Notes: generated from the letters alone by a model not told the origin. DNA of 64,000 nt from an uncultured Chloroflexia bacterium (GCA_963746855.1 CAVVDC010000002.1:7588-71587), one strand, 5' to 3'. Positions 40,387-50,101 are shown, counted from the stretch's first letter. Made by a program: numbers and translations.

Positions 40387-41939
40387 CCGCCCACGCGGGC
40401 ACGGTCGCACCCGCGACCGAGCCGGTCCGGCGCCGCGGCGTCGGATGGCAGGCCCTCCTGTACCCGGCCGCCTTCCCGCTGAGCATCATCGTGCTCATCT
40501 GGGGGGAGTCGGAGATCAACCTCCTCGAGATCGTCCGACCCGTGCTCGTCGCCCTCGTCGTCACGGTCGGCCTCAACGTCCTGCTCGGTTGGCTGGCCGG
40601 TGACCGCCGGCTCGGGGCGATCGCGACGTCGGCCCTCATGATCGGGCTCATCGTCGATCGGCCTGAAGCTCGCATCCTGCTTGTCGTGGTTGCGGGCGCC
40701 GTCGTCCTCATCGGCTATGCCCCCCAGGGACGGACGCTCCGGGTGGCTGCCACGGCGACGCGGCTCCTTGAGGTCATCGGGACGATCGCGCTGGGCGCGG
40801 CACTCCTGTACGTCGCCGGGCGACCCGGTTTCCTCTCGGTCATCGGCGAGGCGTTCCTCCCCCCGCCCGGTCCCGCCACTCGTCCGATGCCACCGAATGG
40901 CACGCCCGACATCGTCGTGTACCTCATCGACGGTTACCCGGGTCTCACCGCCGCGTCACGGCTCCCCGGATTGGACGCCGCCGTCTTCCCGGACGCCCTT
41001 CGGGAACGGGGGTTCACCGTCCACGCCGACGCGCGGACGAACTACCTGATCACCCGGATCGTGCTCGCCTCGATGCTCGAGGGCCGGCACATCGCCGATA
41101 TTCCCTCGCTCTCGGCGCCGTTCGGCGATGACCCCGCCGTCGACGCCCGTCGCCTGCGGTCCGTCCAGGAGACCTCGGCCGGCCTGGCCGCCATCCGAGC
41201 GGCCGGGTACGACGTCGTGTGGGTATCGTCCGGCTGGTCCCATCTCGACATCCGCAACGTCGACCGCCGGATCGAGGCGCCCGGCCCGAGCGAGTTCGAG
41301 ATGGTCCTGTTCCGCGAGACCGCCATCGCCGACATCCTCGAGGCGATCGACCCGGCCGGGTTCGCCGACGTCATGCGGACGCGTATCGAGGCCGCTTTCG
41401 ACGAGGCCACGGCCATCGTGGCCGAGCCCCACGATCGGCCACGCTTCATCTTCGTCCACGTGCCGGCGCCCCATCCCCCGCCGGTCTACACCGCCACCGG
41501 CGCACCGGAGGACCGCAGCCCCGATTCGAGCTGGGACACGTTCGATCCGGCGTCGCAGACGCCGAGCCAACGCCTCGCCCTGCGGCCGGGGTTCGTGGAG
41601 ACGATCGGCCGGATGACCGTCGCGAGCGTCGACGCGGTACGATCCGCGGCCCCGACGCCGCCGGTGATGGTCGTCTTCTCCGACCATGGCACCGACGTCG
41701 GCTGGGATGACAGCGCGCCCATGACCTCCGATCTGGCCGAACGCAGCAGTTCGTTCCTCGCCACCCTGACCCCGGGGCGCCCGGACCTCTTCCAGGAGCC
41801 GACCACGCCCGTGAACATCATCGGGACGCTGACGAACGCCTACATGGGCACCGCCGTGCCCCGTCAGCCCGACGAAACCTTCGCCTATGACGGGTCCGTG
41901 CTCAACGTGGTCCCGATCCAGACGACCCCAGGCGACTGA
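40383..41939 (+). CDS. membrane-anchored alkaline-phosphatase-superfamily protein (sulfatase/LtaS/EptA-like), paralog 1
   Basis: N-terminal TM bundle followed by an extracytoplasmic domain with DIVVYLIDGYPG, RTNYLITRIV and VVFSDHG. A GTG start at 40383 overlapping the upstream stop (GTGA) is proposed, and the exact start is uncertain. Confidence 0.65.
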   Translation: MTAHAGTVAPATEPVRRRGVGWQALLYPAAFPLSIIVLIWGESEINLLEIVRPVLVALVVTVGLNVLLGWLAGDRRLGAIATSALMIGLIVDRPEARILLVVVAGAVVLIGYAPQGRTLRVAATATRLLEVIGTIALGAALLYVAGRPGFLSVIGEAFLPPPGPATRPMPPNGTPDIVVYLIDGYPGLTAASRLPGLDAAVFPDALRERGFTVHADARTNYLITRIVLASMLEGRHIADIPSLSAPFGDDPAVDARRLRSVQETSAGLAAIRAAGYDVVWVSSGWSHLDIRNVDRRIEAPGPSEFEMVLFRETAIADILEAIDPAGFADVMRTRIEAAFDEATAIVAEPHDRPRFIFVHVPAPHPPPVYTATGAPEDRSPDSSWDTFDPASQTPSQRLALRPGFVETIGRMTVASVDAVRSAAPTPPVMVVFSDHGTDVGWDDSAPMTSDLAERSSSFLATLTPGRPDLFQEPTTPVNIIGTLTNAYMGTAVPRQPDETFAYDGSVLNVVPIQTTPGD

Positions 41940-43492
41940 TGACGACTGCCGTCGACGCCTTGAGCGCGCCCGTCCCGCCCCAGACCAGCCGGGCGTGGTG
42001 GCCGATCCCGCTCTACCCGACGGCGTTCCCGGTGAGCTTCGTGCTGCTCATCTGGGGGAATGCGGTCTTCAACGTGATCGACCTCATCCGCCCCCTCGTC
42101 GTTGCCGTGGTGCTCGCGCTCGCGGTGACGCTGGTCGCGTGCTTGCTGGCGGGCGACCGGCGGTTCGGCGGGATCGCGGCGACGGCCGTGCTGGTGGGGC
42201 TGGTCATCGACCGACCCGAGGCGAGCGTCTTGCTGGCGGCTACCGGCCTCCTCGTCGTCGTCGTGAGTCGACTGGGCCGCCGGCAGGCCGAGCGTGCGCA
42301 GGGGGTGGCGACGCGCCTGCTCCAGATCATCGCGAGCATCATCTTGCTGGCGACCGTGATCAACGCGGCGAGCAAGCCCGGTTTCGTGCCGGTCATCGAG
42401 GAGGCGTTCCTGCCACTTCCCGGACCCGCCGAGCGACCGGTCCCGGACCCGAGCCAGCCAGACATCTTCGTGTACCTGCTCGACGGGTACCCAGGTTCGA
42501 CCGGATCCGCCGAGGCGACCGACTTCGATGCCGACGCCTTCCCGGACGCCCTCGCCGGGCGCGGATTCGAGATCCACCGGGACGCCCGGACCAACTACCT
42601 GCTCACCCGGCTTGTGGTGCCGACGATGTTCGAGGAGCGCCACGTCGCGGACATCCCGGGTCTCGCCGAGCCATTCGGGCCGTACCAGGCCGATGACGCC
42701 CGACGACTGCGCCTGACGCTCGAGACGTCGGCCGGACTCGCCGCGATCCGCGCCGCGGGCTACGACGTCGTGTGGATCTCCTCGGGCTGGAATCACATCG
42801 ACCTGCGCAACGTGGACCGTCGGATCGAGGCGCCCGGTCCCGATGAGCTCGAGATGGCGATGATCTGGGCCAGCGGCATCGGCACGATCCTGCAGGCCGT
42901 CGACCCCTATGGATTCGCCGATGTCCTGCGGACACGCATCCACTCTGCTTTCGACGCGGCGCGGACCATCGCGGCCGAGCCGCATTCGCGACCAAGGTTC
43001 GTCTTCGTCCACGTCCCGTCGCCGCATCCGCCACCCGTCTTCCACGCCGATGGGTCGCCGGTGGACTTCGGACCGGCCGCTCGCTGGGACAACTTCCAGG
43101 AGGGCGTCGGCTCATCCGACGCGCATCGCCGGCGCGTCTTCGGGAATGTCGAGGCGGTCGGGCACCTGGCGGTGGCCGGGATCGATGCCCTCCGGGCGGC
43201 CGCCGACCGACCGCCGGTCATCGTCGTCTTCTCCGACCACGGCACGGACATCGGCTTCGAGCCGGACGACCCCTTGTCGCATGACCTCGATTCGCGCACC
43301 AGCTCGTTCCTGGCGACATTGACACCCGCGCATCCGGAGCTCTTCCAGGCCCCGACGACTCCCATCAACATCATCGGCACGCTCACGAATGCTTACATGG
43401 GCACGAACGTCCCGCGCCAGCCGGACGAGACCTTCGCCTACGACGGCTCGGTGCTCAACGTCGTCCCGGTCGAGACGACACCGGGCGACTGA
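41939..43492 (+). CDS. membrane-anchored alkaline-phosphatase-superfamily protein, paralog 2
   Basis: 517 aa with the same architecture (DIFVYLLDGYPG, RTNYLLTRLV, VVFSDHG). The C-terminal roughly 60 aa are nearly identical to paralog 1. Confidence 0.7.
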   Translation: MTTAVDALSAPVPPQTSRAWWPIPLYPTAFPVSFVLLIWGNAVFNVIDLIRPLVVAVVLALAVTLVACLLAGDRRFGGIAATAVLVGLVIDRPEASVLLAATGLLVVVVSRLGRRQAERAQGVATRLLQIIASIILLATVINAASKPGFVPVIEEAFLPLPGPAERPVPDPSQPDIFVYLLDGYPGSTGSAEATDFDADAFPDALAGRGFEIHRDARTNYLLTRLVVPTMFEERHVADIPGLAEPFGPYQADDARRLRLTLETSAGLAAIRAAGYDVVWISSGWNHIDLRNVDRRIEAPGPDELEMAMIWASGIGTILQAVDPYGFADVLRTRIHSAFDAARTIAAEPHSRPRFVFVHVPSPHPPPVFHADGSPVDFGPAARWDNFQEGVGSSDAHRRRVFGNVEAVGHLAVAGIDALRAAADRPPVIVVFSDHGTDIGFEPDDPLSHDLDSRTSSFLATLTPAHPELFQAPTTPINIIGTLTNAYMGTNVPRQPDETFAYDGSVLNVVPVETTPGD

Positions 43493-44736
43493 CCGCCTGT
43501 GCGGTCCCGGATCGCGAGGGCCAGCACGACCGCGAACGCGATCATCAGGACCACCGGGACGCGGACCGGCGGGCCCTCGACGGCGTTCGCGCTGATCGAG
43601 TTCGTGACAAGGATGACCAGGGGTGACAGCGCCAGCGCGATCCCGATCCAGCCACCGTTCGCCCGTTCACGCAGGCCGCGGTAGGCGATGGCCGCGGCCG
43701 GGACGAGCAACAGGTCGTCGTGGGGGTTGAGGTGCGGACTGGTCAGCAGCCCGATGACCAGCGTCAGGGCGAAGCGCAGGTCGAAGTCCCGAGTCGCGGG
43801 GCTCCACCGACCGCGCCAGAGCCAGGCGACGGCCGCCAGGCCAAGGAGCTGTCCGGCAAGGCCGATCGTGTTGATGACGGTCGCCTGGCCGGCGGCCTGA
43901 TCGGGTCCGATCAGCAAGGTCAAGGTTCCTCGGAGGTTCCACATCACCGACGGCCGGACGCTGAACTCGTCGAACGTCGAGACGTACCGCGACAGGAAGC
44001 CCAGGTACTCGGACCAGATCCCCGGGCCGAGGACGACCGTCGCGATCGCCGCCAGGCCCAACCCGATCGCGGCCCCTGACGCGATGGCCCGCCAGCGGCG
44101 ACCGAGGAGCAGCATCACCCCCAGCGTGACCACCGCCTGCGGCTTGATCGAGGCGATCGCCAGCCAGGCTCCCGATCGGCCGTCGCGGCCGGTCCGGAGG
44201 GCGATGTAAGCCTCGGTGACGGCGACGCAGACGAGCAGCGAGAACGCGCCCTGCAGGAGCGTGATGACCAGGGGCGACGCCGCCACGGATGCGGCGATGA
44301 GGACCAGTCGCTCGTCTCGCGACCACTCGGCGGCGACGACCGTCCACAGTCGCCACAGCAGCCAGACGAGCAGGGCGAGCTGCACGACCGCCCACGCCAA
44401 ATAGCTGGCCTGGAGCGACAGCCAGGCGAGCGGGACGAACGGCACGACGAGATGGGGCGGGTTGTTGAAGGGATTCAGGCCGGCCTCGAAGGTCCGGCCG
44501 CCCAGGATCTCGCGCTGGACCTCAGCCTGGACGGCCGGGTCGTAGAGGTCGGCACCGCGGCCGTCCGAGACGATCGTCCAGCCCGTGTAGAACGCCGTGT
44601 AGTCGGCCTGCTCGGAATGGCCACCGGCGATGAGCGCCACCCAGAGCCCGAGGTAGATGGCGAAGACGGCGATGCCGACGACGACGAACACGCGACTGAA
44701 GAGTCGACGTCGGCCGGTCGCGGTTCGTTCGTCCAT
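43438..44736 (-). CDS. GT87/DUF2029-family membrane glycosyltransferase
   Basis: The start is set at ATG 44736 (MDERTATGRRRLF), with AGGAGG upstream. The motif reads DYTAFYTGW...ADLYD...FNNPPHLVVPFVPL. Confidence 0.7.
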   Translation of the reverse strand: MDERTATGRRRLFSRVFVVVGIAVFAIYLGLWVALIAGGHSEQADYTAFYTGWTIVSDGRGADLYDPAVQAEVQREILGGRTFEAGLNPFNNPPHLVVPFVPLAWLSLQASYLAWAVVQLALLVWLLWRLWTVVAAEWSRDERLVLIAASVAASPLVITLLQGAFSLLVCVAVTEAYIALRTGRDGRSGAWLAIASIKPQAVVTLGVMLLLGRRWRAIASGAAIGLGLAAIATVVLGPGIWSEYLGFLSRYVSTFDEFSVRPSVMWNLRGTLTLLIGPDQAAGQATVINTIGLAGQLLGLAAVAWLWRGRWSPATRDFDLRFALTLVIGLLTSPHLNPHDDLLLVPAAAIAYRGLRERANGGWIGIALALSPLVILVTNSISANAVEGPPVRVPVVLMIAFAVVLALAIRDRTGGQSPGVVSTGTTLSTEPS

Positions 44737-44901
44737 CGCACCTCCTGCCGCCGTCCGGCTCGCGCGCCCACAGGACCATCGGGGGATGCGAGGGGCCCGC
44801 CGACCTCCGCCATGATGGACTGCGACGGTTGCACGAATGCACCGCGTTCGGCACGCTGTGTGTTGCCCGCGCCCCCGAGGCGTCGGCGGAGGACTGATCG
44901 G

Positions 44902-45081
44902 ATGCTGCATCTTCTGGCATACATCGACCCGGGCTCGGGGAGCCTCATCATCCAGGCGGTGATCGCGACGCTCGTTGCCGTCCCGTTCTTCTTCCGGCAG
45001 CAGATCGCCCGCGTGGCTCGCACGTTCCGCGGCGACCGGACGGGCGAGCCGCCGACGACGCCGACGGACCGCGCCGCCTGA
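44902..45081 (+). CDS. small membrane protein (59 aa) with an N-terminal YIDPGSGS motif
   Basis: MLHLLAYIDPGSGSLIIQAVIATLVAVPFFF..., with GGAGG 9 nt upstream. It lies in the divergent spacer between the GT87 gene and paralog 3. Confidence 0.45.
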   Translation: MLHLLAYIDPGSGSLIIQAVIATLVAVPFFFRQQIARVARTFRGDRTGEPPTTPTDRAA

Positions 45082-45158
45082 GCCACGGTCACGCGGTGAG
45101 TCGGCCGCTGTGACCGCATCGACAGCGTCGGCGCCGGAGACCAGAGCGAACACGCCCG

Positions 45159-46685
45159 ATGACGGCCCCGGGCCCGTCGCGACCCTGGTGGCGGATCCCC
45201 TTCTATCCGATCGCGTTCCCGAGCGTCCTGGTGACGCTGATCTGGGCTGGCGCCGGTCTGCCGCCGATCGCCGGGGTCCGCCCGCTCCTGGTCGCGCTCG
45301 TCATCGGCGTCGTCGTGACGTTCCTGTGTTGCGCCGTGACCGGCGACCGGGACCGCGGTGGCGTCCTGGCGACCGTCGTCCTCATCGGCCTCATCGCGAC
45401 CGATCCGCGACTCCTGTGGATCCTGGCGATCGCCGGTGTCCTCCTGCTGCTCGAGTCGATCGTCCGGCGCGGGCATCCGTGGCGGCTCGGGCCGCTGGCG
45501 ACGCGGCTCATGACGATCGTCGCCGCGATCCTGCTGTTCGCGGCCGGGATCCGGATGGTGCAGGACGGGACGATCCCGGCGGCCATGACCGACCTGTCTG
45601 ACGAGTTCGCAACGCGCCCCGGACCGGCCGTCATCGACCGGTCACGCCCGGATATCTACGTCGTCGTCCTCGACGGGTACCCGGGCCCACGAGCGACTGC
45701 CCACGACCCGGCCTTCGACGCCGACGCCTTTCCGGCGGCCCTCGGGCAGCGCGGGTTCGTCGCGCAGGCCGACAGCCACTCGAACTACATGTTCACGCCG
45801 CTCAGCCTGACCTCGATGCTCTGGATGCGCCACATCGAGGACATCCCGTCCCTCGGCCCCCCGTGGGACTCCGGCAATGGCGACGGCCGCCGGCAGCGCC
45901 GGGCCTTGAACGAGGCCCCGGCTCTCGACGCGCTCGCCTCGGAAGGGTACGAGCTGGTCGCTGTCGCCTCGGGGTACGACCACGTCGAGCTCCGGCGAGT
46001 GGATCGGGTGATGTCGCTCCCGGAGCCGGGCGAGTTCGAGCTGGCGCTGGTGCGCCTGTTCCCGGCCGGCCACCTGCTCGACACGGTGTTCCCGGATCTG
46101 CTGTCCGGCATGGTCCGCGGTCGGGTCCTCGACGCGTTCGACGCGGTGCGCCAGGTGACGACCGAGCCCCATGATCGGCCCCGCTTCGTGCTAGGGCACA
46201 TCCCGGCGCCCCACTACCCCTTCGTCTTCGGCCCGGCCGGCGAGCCTCGCACGGTCCCGCTGGAGCGGCTCTTCGTCCAGGATCCGGGCCGCCTCGGCGT
46301 CTCGACCGAGGAGGCGTTCCGTCTCGCCACGGATCAGGCCGCCTACGTCGCCTCGCTCACGACGGACCTCGTCGATGACATCGTCGCCGCGGATCCGGGC
46401 GCGGTCGTCGTCGTCATGTCCGACCATGGGAGCGGCATCGGTCTCGACTCAGCCGATGCCTCGAAGAGCGATCTCGTCGAACGGTTCAGCAACATCATGG
46501 CGATCCGGGCCCCGGGCCACTCGGACATCCTCTCGCGCCGGCTGACGCCGGTGAACCTCATGCCTCGGCTGTTCGACACGTACCTCGGTCTGTCGGTGCC
46601 CGAGACGACCGACGCCACGTACTCGTGGACCACGAGCACGCTCGACCCGAAGCTGGTGACGCCGGTGCCGGAGTGGGTCCAGTGA
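45159..46685 (+). CDS. membrane-anchored alkaline-phosphatase-superfamily protein, paralog 3
   Basis: 508 aa with DIYVVVLDGYPG, HSNYMFTPLSLTSM and VVMSDHG. Confidence 0.7.
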   Translation: MTAPGPSRPWWRIPFYPIAFPSVLVTLIWAGAGLPPIAGVRPLLVALVIGVVVTFLCCAVTGDRDRGGVLATVVLIGLIATDPRLLWILAIAGVLLLLESIVRRGHPWRLGPLATRLMTIVAAILLFAAGIRMVQDGTIPAAMTDLSDEFATRPGPAVIDRSRPDIYVVVLDGYPGPRATAHDPAFDADAFPAALGQRGFVAQADSHSNYMFTPLSLTSMLWMRHIEDIPSLGPPWDSGNGDGRRQRRALNEAPALDALASEGYELVAVASGYDHVELRRVDRVMSLPEPGEFELALVRLFPAGHLLDTVFPDLLSGMVRGRVLDAFDAVRQVTTEPHDRPRFVLGHIPAPHYPFVFGPAGEPRTVPLERLFVQDPGRLGVSTEEAFRLATDQAAYVASLTTDLVDDIVAADPGAVVVVMSDHGSGIGLDSADASKSDLVERFSNIMAIRAPGHSDILSRRLTPVNLMPRLFDTYLGLSVPETTDATYSWTTSTLDPKLVTPVPEWVQ

Positions 46686-48208
46686 GGCGGGGCCTCGCGC
46701 TCTATCCAGCCCTGCTGGCCGCGACGCTCGTCGTGGAACTCGTGAACGTCTCGGGCGTCAGCCCGTTCTCGGCGGGTCGTCCGTTGCTCGTGGCGGTCGT
46801 CGCCGCGCTGCTCCTCGCCTTGCTGGGCCGCGTCCTGCTCGGCGACCCCGACCGCGGCGGGATCGCGGCCGCCCTCTGGGTGCTCGCGCTGCTCGGCGGC
46901 GACGATCCGCGCCTGGCCCTCGCGATCGGGGCGGCGACGGTCCTGCTCTTCGCGGAGCGATATCTGCTCCCGGCGGAGCGCCGGACCATCCGCTGGTCGA
47001 GGATCGGGCTCGTGTTCTCCCGACTGGCCGTCGTGTTCGCGCTCGCGGTCGCGATCCAGGCCGTCCAGACGGGTGCGCTCTCCGATGCCGTCCGCTCGGT
47101 GACCCACGAGACCGCCCTGCGTCCGGCGGCGGCCAGGGCCGCCTCGGGCGACACGGATCCCGATATCTACATGCTGCTCGTGGACGGCCACGCCCGAGCC
47201 GACGTTGTATCCTCCGTCTTCGAGAGCGACGGCGCGGGGCTCGTGAGCGCCCTCCAGTCGGACGGATTCGCCGTGGCGCCTCGAAGCCGGTCCAACTACA
47301 CCCAGACCGGCGAGACGCTGGCGTCGATGTTCAGCCAGGCCCAACTCGCCGACGTCCCGCGCATGGCCGACCTGCTCAGGGTGGCCGAGGACCAGCCGCC
47401 GGGCGGCATCGTCCGCAACGTCATCAACGACAACGCCACCTGGTCGTTCCTGCGCGACCGCGGGTACGAGATCGACTCGGTCTCGTCGGGTTTCGAGCAG
47501 GTCGCGCTGCGCGAGGCGGACCGGTTCGTGGACACCGGTCAGCTCAACGAGTTCGAGCTCGCGGTCCTCAAGCGCTCCGTCATCGGCCGGGTCCTCGAAG
47601 GCGTCGCGCCGGACGCCGTCAGCGGCCAGCAGCGGGACCGGATCCAGGGGATCTTCGATGCGTTCGCAACGGCGCCCTCATGGATCGGCGACCGGCCGCA
47701 GTTCGTGTTCGCCCATGTCCCGAGCCCGCATCCGCCATGGGTCTTCAACGCGGATGGGTCGCCGCGCACGGTGACCTTCCATGACCAGTGGCTGGCCGAG
47801 ACGCCGGCCTCGACCGGGCTGACCGTCGAACAGCTCAAGGCCGGGTACGCGGCGCAGGTCACCGACACAGACCGGCGCCTGCTCGAGGCGCTGCCCAGGC
47901 TGGACGCGGCGATCGCCGCCCGCGGCCGACCCGCGGTCGTGATCGTCTTCTCCGACCACGGCTCGTGGATCGGCGCCGACGGTGGCGACATCCGGCTCCG
48001 GTTCAAGAACCTGCTCGCGGTCCGTTCCTCCGACGACCGGGTGACCTTCGAGCCGAACCTGACGCTGGTGAACCTGTTCCCGAGCCTGTTCGAGCAGCTC
48101 TTCGGCGTCGAGTGGGTCCGTCGCCCGGACGCCGAATACCGGTTCGGGGAGCGCAGCGCGTTCGAATTGTTCGAGGTCGCGGACCCGGACGCCTCGGCCA
48201 GCCCGTAG
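46682..48208 (+). CDS. membrane-anchored alkaline-phosphatase-superfamily protein, paralog 4
   Basis: GTG 46682 overlaps the upstream stop (GTGA). Motifs are DIYMLLVDGH, RSNYTQTGETLASMF and VIVFSDHG. Confidence 0.65.
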   Translation: MRRGLALYPALLAATLVVELVNVSGVSPFSAGRPLLVAVVAALLLALLGRVLLGDPDRGGIAAALWVLALLGGDDPRLALAIGAATVLLFAERYLLPAERRTIRWSRIGLVFSRLAVVFALAVAIQAVQTGALSDAVRSVTHETALRPAAARAASGDTDPDIYMLLVDGHARADVVSSVFESDGAGLVSALQSDGFAVAPRSRSNYTQTGETLASMFSQAQLADVPRMADLLRVAEDQPPGGIVRNVINDNATWSFLRDRGYEIDSVSSGFEQVALREADRFVDTGQLNEFELAVLKRSVIGRVLEGVAPDAVSGQQRDRIQGIFDAFATAPSWIGDRPQFVFAHVPSPHPPWVFNADGSPRTVTFHDQWLAETPASTGLTVEQLKAGYAAQVTDTDRRLLEALPRLDAAIAARGRPAVVIVFSDHGSWIGADGGDIRLRFKNLLAVRSSDDRVTFEPNLTLVNLFPSLFEQLFGVEWVRRPDAEYRFGERSAFELFEVADPDASASP

Positions 48209-48218
48209 ACTTCCGGCG

Positions 48219-49019
48219 ATGTCCGCCGCCGACAGCCTGACGATCGTGCTGCCCGCTTATGACGAGGCGGAACGGATCGGCCCGGCGCTCGATGAGTTGT
48301 TCGGATACCTGCGCCGACGAGGGGATCGGGCTCGAGAGGGCGCTCCCGGGTCGGCCGGCCTGCCGGCACGGATCGACGTCCTGCTAGTGGACGACGGCAG
48401 CACCGACGGGACGGCCGCCCTCGTCCGCTCCCGACCCGAGGTCGCCGGCGACGCCGCGGTCCGCCTCGGCGTCCTGACCGTGCCCCACGGTGGCAAGGGC
48501 GCCGCGGTCCGGGCCGGGATGCTGGCCGCCGAAGGCGATCTCGTGGTCTTCGCCGACGCGGACATGGCGACCCCGCCCGATCAGCTTCCGCTGCTGGTGG
48601 CCGCGCTGGCCGACCACGACGTCGCGCTCGGGTCGCGGATCCAGGCCGATGGCTCGGACATGCGCGCCACCCAGCCGCGCTACCGACGCCTGTTCGGCAA
48701 GGCGTTCCACCTGCTCGCGTCGGCATGGGTCGTCGGGCCGGTCAAGGACACCCAGTGCGGCTTCAAGGGCTTCACGCGCGACGCCGCGCGCGACCTGTTC
48801 GCGCGACAGCGGATCACGAGCATCGTCTTCGACGTCGAGCTGATCTACCTGGCTCGTCGGCGCGGCTATCGGATCGACATCGTCCCGATCCACTGGTACG
48901 ACCGGCGCGGGTCGCGGATGCGCGCTCGGCCGGGTCTGGCCTTGCGCGTGGCCTGGGACCTCTTCCGCATCCCCCTCATCCATCGCGCCGACGGCCGGGG
49001 CGCCCGCCGGCCCACGTGA
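48219..49019 (+). CDS. GT2 polyprenol-phosphate glycosyltransferase (dolichyl-phosphate glucose/mannose synthase-like)
   Basis: Motifs LTIVLPAYDE, VDDGSTDGT, FADADMATP and DTQCGFKGF. Confidence 0.85.
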   Translation: MSAADSLTIVLPAYDEAERIGPALDELFGYLRRRGDRAREGAPGSAGLPARIDVLLVDDGSTDGTAALVRSRPEVAGDAAVRLGVLTVPHGGKGAAVRAGMLAAEGDLVVFADADMATPPDQLPLLVAALADHDVALGSRIQADGSDMRATQPRYRRLFGKAFHLLASAWVVGPVKDTQCGFKGFTRDAARDLFARQRITSIVFDVELIYLARRRGYRIDIVPIHWYDRRGSRMRARPGLALRVAWDLFRIPLIHRADGRGARRPT

Positions 49020-50101
49020 CCGCCGCCTTCGACCCGCCTCGGTTGGCCCGAGCGGCGCTGCCGATCGTCGCCATCCTGTGCTTCGCGGCGGTGATCGGTG
49101 CGACGGTCGCCGTCGCCGGTGACACGCTCGGGTTCGATTTCCTCGCCTACCACCAAGCAGCGACCCGACTGCTGGCAGGGGCCCGGGTCTACGACCTCGG
49201 GTTTGAGGCGAGCGGCGCCTTCGGGCTCTTCTACTACCCACCGACGTTCGTGCCGCTCGTCCTGCCGTTCGGGTTGCTGTCGGCCACGACCGCGGTCTGG
49301 GTCTGGACCGGCCTGCTGGTCGCGGCGTTCCTCGTCGGTGTCGCGATCCTGCCGGTCTCGGCGACGGTGCGCTGGTGGACGGTCCTCCTGGCAGGCCTGT
49401 CGTGGCCGTTCGCCTACGCGGTCAAGCTCGGCCAGGTCGGACCGATCCTGTTCCTCTGCTTCGCCGTCGGGTGGCGCTGGCTGGACGATCCGGTCCGCCT
49501 CGGCTTGAGTGGTGCCCTCGGCGCGGCGATCAAGCTCCAGCCTGGGCTCATCCTCGTGTGGGCGCTGCTGACTGGGCGATACCGAGCCGTCATCGTCGGC
49601 GCCATCGGGCTGCTCCTCCTCGCAGTCGCCGCGACCCTGACCGCCGGCATCGGGTCATGGGCCGACTTCGTCACGCTCATCCGCCAGGTCAGCGACCCGA
49701 TCACGACCGCGCACAACTTCACGCCCGGCGCGATCGTGTATCAGCTGGGCCTGAGCTCGGACGTCGCGGGCCTGGTCCAGCTGGCCAGCACGGTCGCGGT
49801 ACTGATCGCCGTCGTGGTCGCGGCCCGGTTCGCGACCGCCGAGGCGTCCTACCTCGTCGCGGTCGTCGCCAGTCAGCTGCTCTCGCCGATCCTCTGGGAC
49901 CATTACGCGATGCTGCTGCTGCTGCCCGTCGCGTACCTGCTCGCGGCCGGGCGCTGGTGGGCGCTCGCCATCCCCCTCGTGACCGCGTTCCCATTGGTCG
50001 GCATCACGCCGCCGGTCGTCTACCCGATCGTGTTCTGGGTCGCGCTCGTCGCGACCGCCATGGTGGGTGTCCGATCGCGGGCCAACGGCGTCGCCGCGTG
50101 A
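49016..50101 (+). CDS. GT87/DUF2029-family membrane glycosyltransferase
   Basis: GTG 49016 overlaps the GT2 stop (GTGA). The motif reads FDFLAYHQAATRLLAGARVYD...FYYPPTFVPLVLPF. Confidence 0.7.
   Translation: MTAAFDPPRLARAALPIVAILCFAAVIGATVAVAGDTLGFDFLAYHQAATRLLAGARVYDLGFEASGAFGLFYYPPTFVPLVLPFGLLSATTAVWVWTGLLVAAFLVGVAILPVSATVRWWTVLLAGLSWPFAYAVKLGQVGPILFLCFAVGWRWLDDPVRLGLSGALGAAIKLQPGLILVWALLTGRYRAVIVGAIGLLLLAVAATLTAGIGSWADFVTLIRQVSDPITTAHNFTPGAIVYQLGLSSDVAGLVQLASTVAVLIAVVVAARFATAEASYLVAVVASQLLSPILWDHYAMLLLLPVAYLLAAGRWWALAIPLVTAFPLVGITPPVVYPIVFWVALVATAMVGVRSRANGVAA

Noticed and set aside
39795-41939. A 714-aa ORF-track entry suggesting one large protein. Similar N-terminal over-extensions occur at 1749, 22212..23363, 24475..25335, 43438..45153, 48725, 49375, 52105, 54494, 55257, 58526, 59680 and 60624.
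   Set aside because: The upstream parts overlap the preceding gene in another frame and translate to Arg/Pro-rich sequence. Family-typical N-termini begin at internal ATG or GTG codons, often exactly at stop-start overlaps.
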